Below, in pieces: positions 1 to 7,436 of a stretch of DNA of 10,254 nt; the first letter of the stretch is position 1, and the number at the start of each line of letters is the position of its first letter. Origin of the DNA: Planctomycetota bacterium (GTDB lineage: Bacteria; Planctomycetota; UBA11346); assembly GCA_007695355.1 (NCBI GenBank), contig REDX01000241.1, positions 1-10,254 of the forward strand, written 5' to 3'. A model generated the notes under the pieces. It saw nothing but the letters and a program-made list of their open reading frames with translations. It had not been told where the DNA came from and did no database searches. A program made the translations under genes and the position numbers.

Positions 1-3000
1 AAACCGGAATAGGGATGCTCTAACTCCGAGCGCAGCTCGTCTTCGCCCTGGCTGATGCGCAGCAGACGATAGAAGTCGGCCTGGGAGCGCGAGGCAATGG
101 GGGCCAACACCGGATTGACGGTGAGACAGTTTTCCAAATAGGAGAGTTCAAAAGCCCCTTGGTGACCGCCGAGAATATCGCCGAGATTATAGGTATCAGC
201 GCGGTTGGCGAGCATATCAGGAATGCGGAAGCGCTCGCCGGATTCGGTATAGGGGTTGCCAGCCATGACCACCGCCACCTTTTTACCGCGCATATCGTAG
301 GTGCGAGTACGGCCACGCCACACGCCCTCGATGCGCCGCTGACCGTCGCACAGGGAGATGAATTTTTGCAAAAATTCAGGATGGCAGTGCTGAATGTCAT
401 CGACATAGATCATGACATTATTGCCCATTTCAAAGCTCAAATTGAGCTTCTCCAATTCCTGGCGGGCAGTGGCATTGGGGGCCTGCTCGGGATCCAGGCT
501 GGTTACCTCGTGACCAAGGGAGGGCCCATTGATCTTCATAAAGGTGAGACCCATAATCGAAGAGACGTACTCCATGAGGGTGGTCTTGCCGTAACCCGGG
601 GGCGAGATCAGCAATAAGAGGCCCATCAGGTCGGTGCGCTTGGCATCGCCGACGGCGCCAATCTGCTTGGCCAGATTATCACCGATCAGCGGCAGATAGG
701 CCTCATTAATCAGCTTATTGCGGACAAAACTGGTAAGCACCTTGGGCTTGAATTCTTCTAAGCGCAGTCGCTCGCGTTCGCGGGTCACCAACTCCCGGCG
801 CTGGTCATGGTAGGCGCGGTAGGCGGGAATGCGCTGTTCGATAAAGCGGCTGAGGCGGGCCTCAACATCATCGAGGCGCAGCTCCATGCGGCCGCCGCTG
901 ATGCGTCCGTGCTGGCCCAGTAGGCCCTCAACTTCGACCTGGGAGCGGGCGTGCACCGAGGTGCGGGGCAATTCCGGCAGACACAGGCCCAGGGCCACTT
1001 CGTCAATAATCGGCTGCCACTCGGGATGCTGCTGCTCGGCCCAACGATCGATCCAGGCCTTGGCCAACTGCCACTGCTCTTCGCGGTTGCGGGCGAGACG
1101 GGCAAGGTCGCGGCGCAGACGATCGTCGGCCCCGCGGGTGGACAAATCGGCCCAGAAGGCCTGCTCGCACTCCTCGGCCTCGCCCGAGCGCACCGCCTGG
1201 AAATCGTCTCCCGCCGCCAATTCCTCAAGCAAGTAGCTGGCAGCATTGCGGGCATGGGAATCGCCATCGGCAGCCAGGCCACAGCGGTTTTCGTAGCTGC
1301 CGATGAGCTCCGCCATTTCCCTGATCTGGGCCTGCTGCTCGGGACCAGCGCCAAAAAGGCCGCGCAGACTGACTAAGGAGCGGCAGCGGCGTGCCAGGCG
1401 CTTGCGCTGCTCGGCATCGGGCAGATCAGCCCACCACAGCAGGGCCAGGGCGCGGGCGGCGGTGGGGAAGCGTAAGAGGCCGCAGGTGGCCCGCAGGTGC
1501 AGCAGGGCATACAGGATTTTTACCGCATCGGCATCGTGCAACCCCCGCTCGTAGCCTTCCTCGTAGCGATCGCCGGCAACCCGGCGCACCAGGGCGGTAA
1601 GCTCAGCCTCATCGAGAGCCACTTTCTGCAGATACTCGAGACTGAGGCGCTGATCGCCAACCTGGCCCCCCTTCTCGGCTATGCGGATAATGTGCATGGC
1701 GAGAAATTCAGCGCGGTAAACTTTAGCATCTTCGCTGATTAAGTCCTCATTCCAAAAACGACGGGTAGCGAGAAATGCCTCATCGCGCACCGCCTCGAAG
1801 TAATCGGTGCCGCTGAGATGGAAACACATGCCGTCATCGCGGGGCAGTAGGGTAAGTTCCAGGTCTTGGCTATTGCGGCTAAAGCGATGCCGGCCCAGTT
1901 TGACGACTTCGCCTTCAAAGAGTTCAGACTTATCGCGCAGGGCGCGCACGCCATCCTCGCGGGAGGCCTTAATCCGGCTTTCAATATCATCGGATTTTAC
2001 CGAATCGCCCAAGTCCAGCAGACGCTTAACGATATCGCGCAGTTTGCCGAGCATCGGATCGGCGGCAAACCAGGCATTTAAATCATCCAGGCTGCTAAAG
2101 CTCAGGGCCCGCTTGCGCACGCCATCGAGAATGCGATCGGCGGCGCGGGAGAGGGAATTAGCCTGACGCTGACGCTCATCTAGCAGGGTTTGTTTGCGAC
2201 TCTGGAAGACCTCGTAAATTTCTTCACGCTTTTCTGAGAGCTGCTCGGTAAATGCATCAAATTCAATAAAGCGGCCTTCGATTTCCTCCAACTGCAAGAG
2301 TAATTTGCCAAGAAAATCGTCGACCTGGGCGGGCTCCTTGGCCAGGCCCAAATAGTTATTGGCGGTTTGCGAGAGAATCGTGAACTGGGCCGCAAACTCG
2401 GCCTGACCCTCGTGGCTGCCAAGGTCTGCGCGGCGGGCGGCGGCCACTGCTTTGGCGCGGTTGAGCCGGCCGTAAACCTCGGAGATGCGCTCCAGGATTT
2501 GCGTCCGCGCCACCGGGTCGTCGATCTCCAGGCTGCCGACGATTTCCATCAGCATATCCAAGCCAGATCCCAGTTCGTCCATGCGCCCAACCACCGGGCG
2601 CAGGTCCGCGGTTTTACTCACCGCCTGGGCTTCCTTCTCGAGGCTTGCAACCTCGTCGTAATAGGGCTGCACCGCCTCCGGTTGAAGGAGGAATTCCACC
2701 GCCGCGCGCGAGCGATCATCGGCGGCCTTCGTCAGATCGGTATCTAAAGCATCGAGGACTTCGCCATTGGTATAACGCACTTCGCGCAGGGATTGCACCT
2801 GGCCGCGGCGGCGGCGGATGCTGGCGAGCACGGTGACGAATTCGTCGATGTGCTCGTAGGCGGCAATCGCCACCTCACGCAAGGTTGCGCGCACCTCATC
2901 GCTGAGGCTGCGCACCCGTTGGCTGGCCTGCTTGGTGAGCTCTTGCACCTTCTCGAATTCGCCGATTACCTGGTCAGCGGTTTTCTGCGTAACGAGCAAT

Positions 3001-4454
3001 TGCTCGCGCAGGCCGCAGGCCTCGGCATGGCCCAGCCAATGGAATTGATCGAGGGTGCGGGTAATCGTGGCGAGAAGATCCTCGTAGACTACCCGCGATG
3101 GCTTTTGATCGGCAACCAAACGGACAATATGCAGACAGTCGGAAATGGCACGCACCAAATCACGATTACCGATGGTGGCGAGATGGGATCCCGGCGGCCG
3201 CGGCTTGGAGAGGGCGTAGGACTCGTCCTCGAAGGGCGTGGCCCATAGCTGCATGGTGTGCGAACGGGTGGGCGCATCGTCGGCGCGGAAGAGTATCAAG
3301 CGGCCATTGGGATAGAGGGCATAGCCGGAACACAGTATGGGATTCGCTACCTCGCGGCTAATCAGATTATACTGCAGAATAATATAATTGCCGCCGGTGG
3401 TATCGTGGAAGATATAAGCGATATCTTCACCATTGGGCGAGCGCACCGAGCGCACAAAGGCCATGCCCTCAGCGCGATGGGGAAAGACTTTATAATCGCC
3501 AGTGGCCAAATAATAACCATTGGGGAAAATCAGACCGTGGCCCTCGGGCAATTCTTGACAGGCGACACCGATGGCATCCAGGCGCACCGCCTCCGAGGCC
3601 TGTTTATTATAGACGATATAGCGATCCACCGTCTCCTGGTAGGGGCGCATGCGCAGGACAATGCAGCTCTCTAAATTGGCATAGGCAATCTGGGCATCAT
3701 CCAGGCCCTGGGTGGCATTATCCACCGGTTCTGCATAGATACCGTCACCGGAGGCGGTGTTATCTTCAACCTTAATCGTCAAATCACCTTCGGTGCACTC
3801 GACAAAGATAGTGTCATCAATATTAATATGGGCGTGCTGCCCGTAGACGTGCATATCGCGGGTGGTGCGCGTCCATTCCCAGGAATAGCGGGGCGGCAGT
3901 ACATGGTCGCGCTCGCCGCGGTTATCGATGTATTTAAGACCATCACCGTCTAAAGCCCAGCGCAGCACTTTGACATCGCCGGCGCGAGCACCGACTTGAA
4001 AAATCATTAAAAGGTGGGTTTCGGTGCGCCGAAGCTGTAGCAGACGGGCGTCTTTGTAGTACTGAAAAAGTTCAGTGAAATCTTTAATAAATGCGGGGTC
4101 GTTAAGGGCCTCGCGCTCAGCTGGAAGGAGGGCCCCGTCCTCGAGTTTAAATTTAGCGAAGACATCGGAAACCGCGGTTGCGCGCTTGAGGCCCATGAAG
4201 ACCTGGTAGCCAAAGATCAGCTTATTACCCTGGGCGCGGACAATGTCGCGGGCCACGCAGTTATGTTCGGTCTGTAGGTGGAAGGTATCGAGGAGGCGGG
4301 TTTCGGTGCCGCCGAAGATTTCGGTGCGCCGGGCATTGAGCTGGCCGACGCGACTACGCAGCTCCTGAGCCTGGTCGCTCAAACGCCGGCGGATAACTTC
4401 ATAGGTGCCGCCATCCAGGGCCTGCTGTTGCTGTTGCTGTTGCTCGTCGGCCAC
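1..4454 (-). CDS. Giant (more than 1,480 aa) multidomain protein, truncated at its 3' (C-terminal) end by the window edge. It has an N-terminal polyQ tract, a beta-rich repeat region, a central coiled-coil/helical region, and a C-terminal AAA+ ATPase domain of the AAA_5/MoxR/dynein-related type. Function unknown.
   Basis: Manual translation of the minus strand in the frame whose codons sit on + triplets starting at positions divisible by 3. There is no stop codon from 4496 down to position 3; the only in-frame stop is TGA, complement of 4497-4499. Translated motifs: ...LMGLLLLISPPGYGKTTLMEYV (Walker A, Lys codon at 585-587), ...NNVMIYVDDIQHCHPEF (Walker B, DD at 396-401), and ...VAVVMAGNPYTESGERFRIPDMLANRADTY (sensor region typical of AAA_5/MoxR-like ATPases). 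There is no ATG between the upstream stop and codon ~88. The most upstream plausible start is GTG at 4452-4454 (complement), with a GGAG 11 nt upstream, so the start is uncertain. This ORF is not in the supplied track, presumably because it is incomplete at the window edge. Confidence 0.8.
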   Translation of the reverse strand, partial: MADEQQQQQQQALDGGTYEVIRRRLSDQAQELRSRVGQLNARRTEIFGGTETRLLDTFHLQTEHNCVARDIVRAQGNKLIFGYQVFMGLKRATAVSDVFAKFKLEDGALLPAEREALNDPAFIKDFTELFQYYKDARLLQLRRTETHLLMIFQVGARAGDVKVLRWALDGDGLKYIDNRGERDHVLPPRYSWEWTRTTRDMHVYGQHAHINIDDTIFVECTEGDLTIKVEDNTASGDGIYAEPVDNATQGLDDAQIAYANLESCIVLRMRPYQETVDRYIVYNKQASEAVRLDAIGVACQELPEGHGLIFPNGYYLATGDYKVFPHRAEGMAFVRSVRSPNGEDIAYIFHDTTGGNYIILQYNLISREVANPILCSGYALYPNGRLILFRADDAPTRSHTMQLWATPFEDESYALSKPRPPGSHLATIGNRDLVRAISDCLHIVRLVADQKPSRVVYEDLLATITRTLDQFHWLGHAEACGLREQLLVTQKTADQVIGEFEKVQELTKQASQRVRSLSDEVRATLREVAIAAYEHIDEFVTVLASIRRRRGQVQSLREVRYTNGEVLDALDTDLTKAADDRSRAAVEFLLQPEAVQPYYDEVASLEKEAQAVSKTADLRPVVGRMDELGSGLDMLMEIVGSLEIDDPVARTQILERISEVYGRLNRAKAVAAARRADLGSHEGQAEFAAQFTILSQTANNYLGLAKEPAQVDDFLGKLLLQLEEIEGRFIEFDAFTEQLSEKREEIYEVFQSRKQTLLDERQRQANSLSRAADRILDGVRKRALSFSSLDDLNAWFAADPMLGKLRDIVKRLLDLGDSVKSDDIESRIKASREDGVRALRDKSELFEGEVVKLGRHRFSRNSQDLELTLLPRDDGMCFHLSGTDYFEAVRDEAFLATRRFWNEDLISEDAKVYRAEFLAMHIIRIAEKGGQVGDQRLSLEYLQKVALDEAELTALVRRVAGDRYEEGYERGLHDADAVKILYALLHLRATCGLLRFPTAARALALLWWADLPDAEQRKRLARRCRSLVSLRGLFGAGPEQQAQIREMAELIGSYENRCGLAADGDSHARNAASYLLEELAAGDDFQAVRSGEAEECEQAFWADLSTRGADDRLRRDLARLARNREEQWQLAKAWIDRWAEQQHPEWQPIIDEVALGLCLPELPRTSVHARSQVEVEGLLGQHGRISGGRMELRLDDVEARLSRFIEQRIPAYRAYHDQRRELVTRERERLRLEEFKPKVLTSFVRNKLINEAYLPLIGDNLAKQIGAVGDAKRTDLMGLLLLISPPGYGKTTLMEYVSSIMGLTFMKINGPSLGHEVTSLDPEQAPNATARQELEKLNLSFEMGNNVMIYVDDIQHCHPEFLQKFISLCDGQRRIEGVWRGRTRTYDMRGKKVAVVMAGNPYTESGERFRIPDMLANRADTYNLGDILGGHQGAFELSYLENCLTVNPVLAPIASRSQADFYRLLRISQGEDELRSELEHPYSG
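140..650 (-). other. AAA+ ATPase module (P-loop, Walker B, sensor) inside the giant CDS
   Basis: Seen in the translation: GYGKTT P-loop, hhhhDD Walker B, and a GNPxxExG...IPDxLxNRxD motif resembling MoxR/AAA_5 'ATQNP...LPEAxLDRF'. Confidence 0.7.
4422..4442 (-). repeat. Hexanucleotide/trinucleotide microsatellite, ctg(ctgttg)x3 on the + strand. It encodes QQQQQQQ near the N-terminus of the giant CDS.
   Basis: Direct reading: ctgctgttgctgttgctgttg. In the minus coding frame this is cag cag caa cag caa cag caa. Confidence 0.85.
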
Positions 4455-4503
4455 GGTACTCAGGGCTCCAGATCGGGGGGATGAAGATCGCGGGGATCAA
4501 TGA

Positions 4504-4531
4504 CCAGCCAGCGGAAATGAGCGCTGGCTGG
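4504..4531 (-). terminator. Perfect 10-bp inverted repeat with an 8-nt loop (ccagccagcg-gaaatgag-cgctggctgg), 14 nt downstream of the flotillin stop. Candidate terminator or attenuator, or an RNA-stability hairpin.
   Basis: Read directly from the sequence. On the transcribed (minus) strand the hairpin is followed by TCATTGATCC, which is only a weak U-tract. Confidence 0.4.
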
Positions 4532-4544
4532 CCCTGCTGGCGGC

Positions 4545-6560
4545 TTATTTCTCGTTCTGTAGCCAGCCGCTTAGATCATCAAAACCCAACTCCTTGGCTT
4601 TGGCCAGAAGCTCTTGCACCTTGGCCGGATCGCTGGTACCGATCTTGCGCATCAGCCAGGAGCTCACCAGGTTTTTGACATCTCCACTACCCAGCTTGCC
4701 GCTGCCTAGGACCTGAACCAAATCGGCGGGCAAAGAACGACCGCCTTCCATATAGTCGCTGGCGGCGTGCTGCAGGAGATCGCTGCGCCCGTGGGCGGCA
4801 TCAAGGCTCTTGCCGAAGGTGACCGCTTTGACGAAGCGATCGAAGAATTGGCCGTCGCCACCGACAATGTCGATCTTGGCCTTCTCCAGGGCCTGAGCCA
4901 TGACATGGGCGTTCTTCTCGGCGATTTCCACCTGGGCGCTGATCTCGGCCTTGGCGATTGAGAGGTCCTTCTCCAATCGCAGGCGAAACTCTTCGTGGGA
5001 GCGGGTGCTCTCGTTGAGCAGCTTCATCGCTTCGGCTTTCTCTGAGATGCCGGCGGCCTCGGCGGCCATCTTCTCGCGCACCGCATCGGCTTCCGCCTTG
5101 CCGCGCAGGGCGATGACCTTGGCCTGGGCCTCTTCCACCCGGACCTGAGCCAAGCCCTGCTTCTCGCTGGCGGCAGCATCGGCTTCCTTAACCTTGGCCG
5201 CGGCCAAGCCATCGGCGGCGGCGGTGGCCTGGCTGCCTTCGGCGCGACGAATGGCGGCCTGGGCTTCCTTCTCGGCGGCGGCCTGCTCGGCCTCGGCGAG
5301 GACCAGTTTTTCTTTGGCGTTATGCACCGCAGAGAGCTCAGCGGCTTCGGCGGCCTGAACTTCGCGGATCTTGCGATCGGCAGCTTCGGCTTCGGCGCGG
5401 GTTACCGCCACCTGCTTAATACGATCGGCTTCCATGGTAGCGCGGATATCCTTGATCCGCTCTTCTTCCTGGGCTACCGACTTTTCCACCACCACCCGTT
5501 CGCGGATTACCTCGGCGATATTCTTACGCTCGACTTCCAGGGCCTTTTCTTTCTCAATACGCTGCAGTTCCACCGCACGCTCGCGGTTGATGCGTTCGAG
5601 ATCGCGCTCTTTCTCAACCCGCTCTTCTTCCACAGCGATAACACGCTCGCGATTTTTAGCTGCTACTTCGACTTCGCGCTGGGCGTTTTCGCGGTCGATG
5701 CCAAGCTTCTGCTCGGCTTCGATATTGGCTTGATCAGAGCGGTATTTCTCTTCGAACTGCACCTTCTCAATTTCCGCGGTCTCGCGGGCGGCAACCACCG
5801 CAACTTCGCGCTGCTGTTTGGCCACCGCATCGGCTTCCTGGCGCTCAAGGGCAAGGATGGCTTCGCGGGCTTCGACGTCTTGCTTCTTCAACGCCTTTTC
5901 ACCCTCGCGCTGGATCTCGTTGGCGTGCACCCGTTGGTTGGTGGTGAGGTCGATAATCTTGCGCCGTCCTTGGGCATCAAGAATGTTGTCAGGATCCAAG
6001 CTGGAGAGCGGGGTTTGCTCGAGATAGTCAATGGCGCTGTCTTCAAGCACATAACCTGAGAGGTCTTTGCCGATAACATCGATAATCGCTTCTTTGAACT
6101 TTTGGCGCTCATTATAGAGGTCCTCAAAGTCCATCTGTTTACCGACGGTTTTCAGGGCTTCGGAGAACTTGGCGCTAAAGAGTTCTTCCAGGGTTTCCCG
6201 GCGGCTGGCCCGTTGGACACCGACATTGGTGGCCACCTTGCGCACATCGTCAGCGGTGGGGTTCACCTTAACGAAGAAAGTCACCTTTATATCAGCGCGA
6301 ATATTATCGCGGCAGATCAAGCCGTTCTTGCCTTGCCGGTCGATCTCGATGGTCTTCACCGAGATATCCATAATTTCCACCTTGTGGATAACCGGGATAA
6401 CGACACCACCGGTAAAGACCACGTCAGGTTCGCGTTTCATTTTATTGATAATCAGCGCCTTACCCTGCTCTACCTTGCGATAGAGCGAGAAGATCATGAT
6501 TATAATGCCCAAGAGAATAAAGAGCAGGATCGCCGCAGCGAGAATCACATAAATCAACAT
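4545..6560 (-). CDS. yqiK: Flotillin-like SPFH/Band-7 family protein (YqiK-like). It has an N-terminal TM helix, an SPFH domain and a long Ala/Glu-rich coiled coil.
   Basis: ORF-track protein of 671 aa. Its N-terminus MLIYVILAAAILLFILLGIIIMIFSLYRKVEQGKALIINKMKREPDVVFTGGVVIPVIHKVEIMDISVKTIEIDRQGKNGLICRDNIRADIKVTFFVKVN is a classic flotillin/YqiK start. The EA/AK-rich coiled coil is typical. A GGAG lies 7 nt upstream of the ATG at 6560 on the minus strand. Confidence 0.9.
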   Translation of the reverse strand: MLIYVILAAAILLFILLGIIIMIFSLYRKVEQGKALIINKMKREPDVVFTGGVVIPVIHKVEIMDISVKTIEIDRQGKNGLICRDNIRADIKVTFFVKVNPTADDVRKVATNVGVQRASRRETLEELFSAKFSEALKTVGKQMDFEDLYNERQKFKEAIIDVIGKDLSGYVLEDSAIDYLEQTPLSSLDPDNILDAQGRRKIIDLTTNQRVHANEIQREGEKALKKQDVEAREAILALERQEADAVAKQQREVAVVAARETAEIEKVQFEEKYRSDQANIEAEQKLGIDRENAQREVEVAAKNRERVIAVEEERVEKERDLERINRERAVELQRIEKEKALEVERKNIAEVIRERVVVEKSVAQEEERIKDIRATMEADRIKQVAVTRAEAEAADRKIREVQAAEAAELSAVHNAKEKLVLAEAEQAAAEKEAQAAIRRAEGSQATAAADGLAAAKVKEADAAASEKQGLAQVRVEEAQAKVIALRGKAEADAVREKMAAEAAGISEKAEAMKLLNESTRSHEEFRLRLEKDLSIAKAEISAQVEIAEKNAHVMAQALEKAKIDIVGGDGQFFDRFVKAVTFGKSLDAAHGRSDLLQHAASDYMEGGRSLPADLVQVLGSGKLGSGDVKNLVSSWLMRKIGTSDPAKVQELLAKAKELGFDDLSGWLQNEK

Positions 6561-6596
6561 GGAGGGGCTCCGTGTAGGGAGGATGAAAAGATAAGG

Positions 6597-7286
6597 TTAA
6601 GATTCCTGGGGGAGGGATTCCGAACGCGTAGAGACCATGCCCACCTGGGCGAGGGGCCGCACGGTGTAGCTGCCGCATTGAGGGTCATAATTAGTGATTA
6701 CCGCCGCCGAGTCCATGGCCATATCATTGGGTATGTCGCAGACCACATTCAGCAGAAGCTCTTGGCCATGGTGATCGGGCACCTTGAAGATGGCGGTACC
6801 GAAGGTTTCGCTGACCCTTGAGGAGGTGATGATAACCTGCCCACCGATGAGATTGCCAGCGCCGCGGACGGTGTGCACCCGAAAGAGAGGCTTAAGCGGA
6901 CGGGCAGTGTAGGTGGTTAGCCAGAGAGCGCCGACAAAGCTGCCGAGGAATATGGTGGTACCGATGAGGCCGACGAGAATGCCACTAATCAGTAAGGGCA
7001 TAATGAAAAGCTGAGCGGCAATGCTGATCAGCCAGGACTTGAAAACCAGCAAGGAGATCACCACCGTCAGCGGCACCTGGCCCAGGGAGAGGGCATGGGA
7101 AAGGCCGCTGAGTACACCCCCCCCCTCCACCTGGGCATCGATCTCGGCTTCGGCATCGCCGGGGAAAATATCAATGCCGAGGGCGCCAACCATGACCAGA
7201 GACCAATAGCCCAGGATAGCGAGCATAAGGGTGGTCCAGATTACCGTCGGAAAGCCGAGTAAGGTTGTCAGCATCTCATCAATCAT
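6597..7286 (-). CDS. yqiJ: NfeD-like (YqiJ-like) polytopic membrane protein with a C-terminal OB-fold-like domain. It is the upstream partner of the flotillin gene in an operon.
   Basis: The track ORF 6597..7673 has a 129-codon upstream extension. The first Met at 7286-7284 (second ATG at 7274) precedes TM-rich MIDEMLTTLLGFPTVIWTTLMLAILGYWSLVMVGALGIDIF... The C-terminal part, VHTVRGAGNLIGGQVIITSSRVSETFGTAIFKVPDHHGQELLLNVV, matches the soluble NfeD beta-barrel. The gap to the flotillin start is 36 nt, and NfeD-flotillin pairing is canonical. No strong Shine-Dalgarno sequence is visible, so the start is somewhat uncertain. Confidence 0.75.
   Translation of the reverse strand: MIDEMLTTLLGFPTVIWTTLMLAILGYWSLVMVGALGIDIFPGDAEAEIDAQVEGGGVLSGLSHALSLGQVPLTVVISLLVFKSWLISIAAQLFIMPLLISGILVGLIGTTIFLGSFVGALWLTTYTARPLKPLFRVHTVRGAGNLIGGQVIITSSRVSETFGTAIFKVPDHHGQELLLNVVCDIPNDMAMDSAAVITNYDPQCGSYTVRPLAQVGMVSTRSESLPQES
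7117..7125 (-). repeat. Homopolymeric C9 (G9 on the coding strand) inside the NfeD-like CDS, encoding EGGGV.
   Basis: Direct reading of acaCCCCCCCCCtcc. The minus-strand frame reads gtg gag ggg ggg ggt gta. Confidence 0.8.
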
Positions 7287-7436
7287 AGGGACGAGGACCC
7301 TAGCAAAGGCCTTGACGAAGGGAAATGATTTTCTGCCGGCTCGGTACCACCATTTCCTTGCGACCAGGCCTGAGCTCCATACCGTAATCGCCAACACCTG
7401 CCCCGGCCCCCCAGCGGGAGGCCTTGGAGATTCGCC
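7287..7436. promoter_or_regulatory. 150-bp divergent intergenic region between the NfeD/flotillin operon (-) and the PspA/AAA+ operon (+). Bidirectional promoters are expected here.
   Basis: It lies between two divergently oriented start codons. There are -35-like hexamers TTGACG (7311-7316) and TTGCGA (7356-7361), with weak -10-like CGTAAT/ACCGTA about 17-19 nt downstream. There is a strong RBS ggaga 6 nt before the PspA ATG. No convincing sigma54 (GG-N10-GC) element was found. Confidence 0.35.

Noticed and set aside
1566-1573. A GCGATCGC (HIP1) octamer hinting at cyanobacterial origin
   Set aside because: There is only a single perfect copy in 10 kb, far below the HIP1 density of cyanobacterial genomes, so it is not informative.
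159-3674. Several + strand ORFs from the track (159..617, 951..1376, 1497..1742, 1866..2081, 2367..2747, 2793..3248, 3258..3674), plus minus-strand ORFs in other frames (20..406, 785..1354)
   Set aside because: They are all antisense to, or out of frame with, the continuous 1,480-codon minus-strand ORF I translated. Their proteins are low-complexity (Ala/Gly/Arg-rich), as expected for shadow ORFs in GC-rich DNA.
5322-6821. The + strand ORFs 5322..6059 (245 aa) and 6102..6821 (239 aa), plus smaller ones
   Set aside because: They are antisense shadows of the well-supported flotillin and NfeD genes, and their translations have no recognisable features.
7330-7380. A sigma54 (-24 GG / -12 GC) promoter upstream of pspA, as in the canonical Psp regulon
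   Set aside because: The closest match (GGtaccaccatttccttGC) has 15-nt rather than 10-nt spacing between GG and GC. No pspF-like gene is nearby either.
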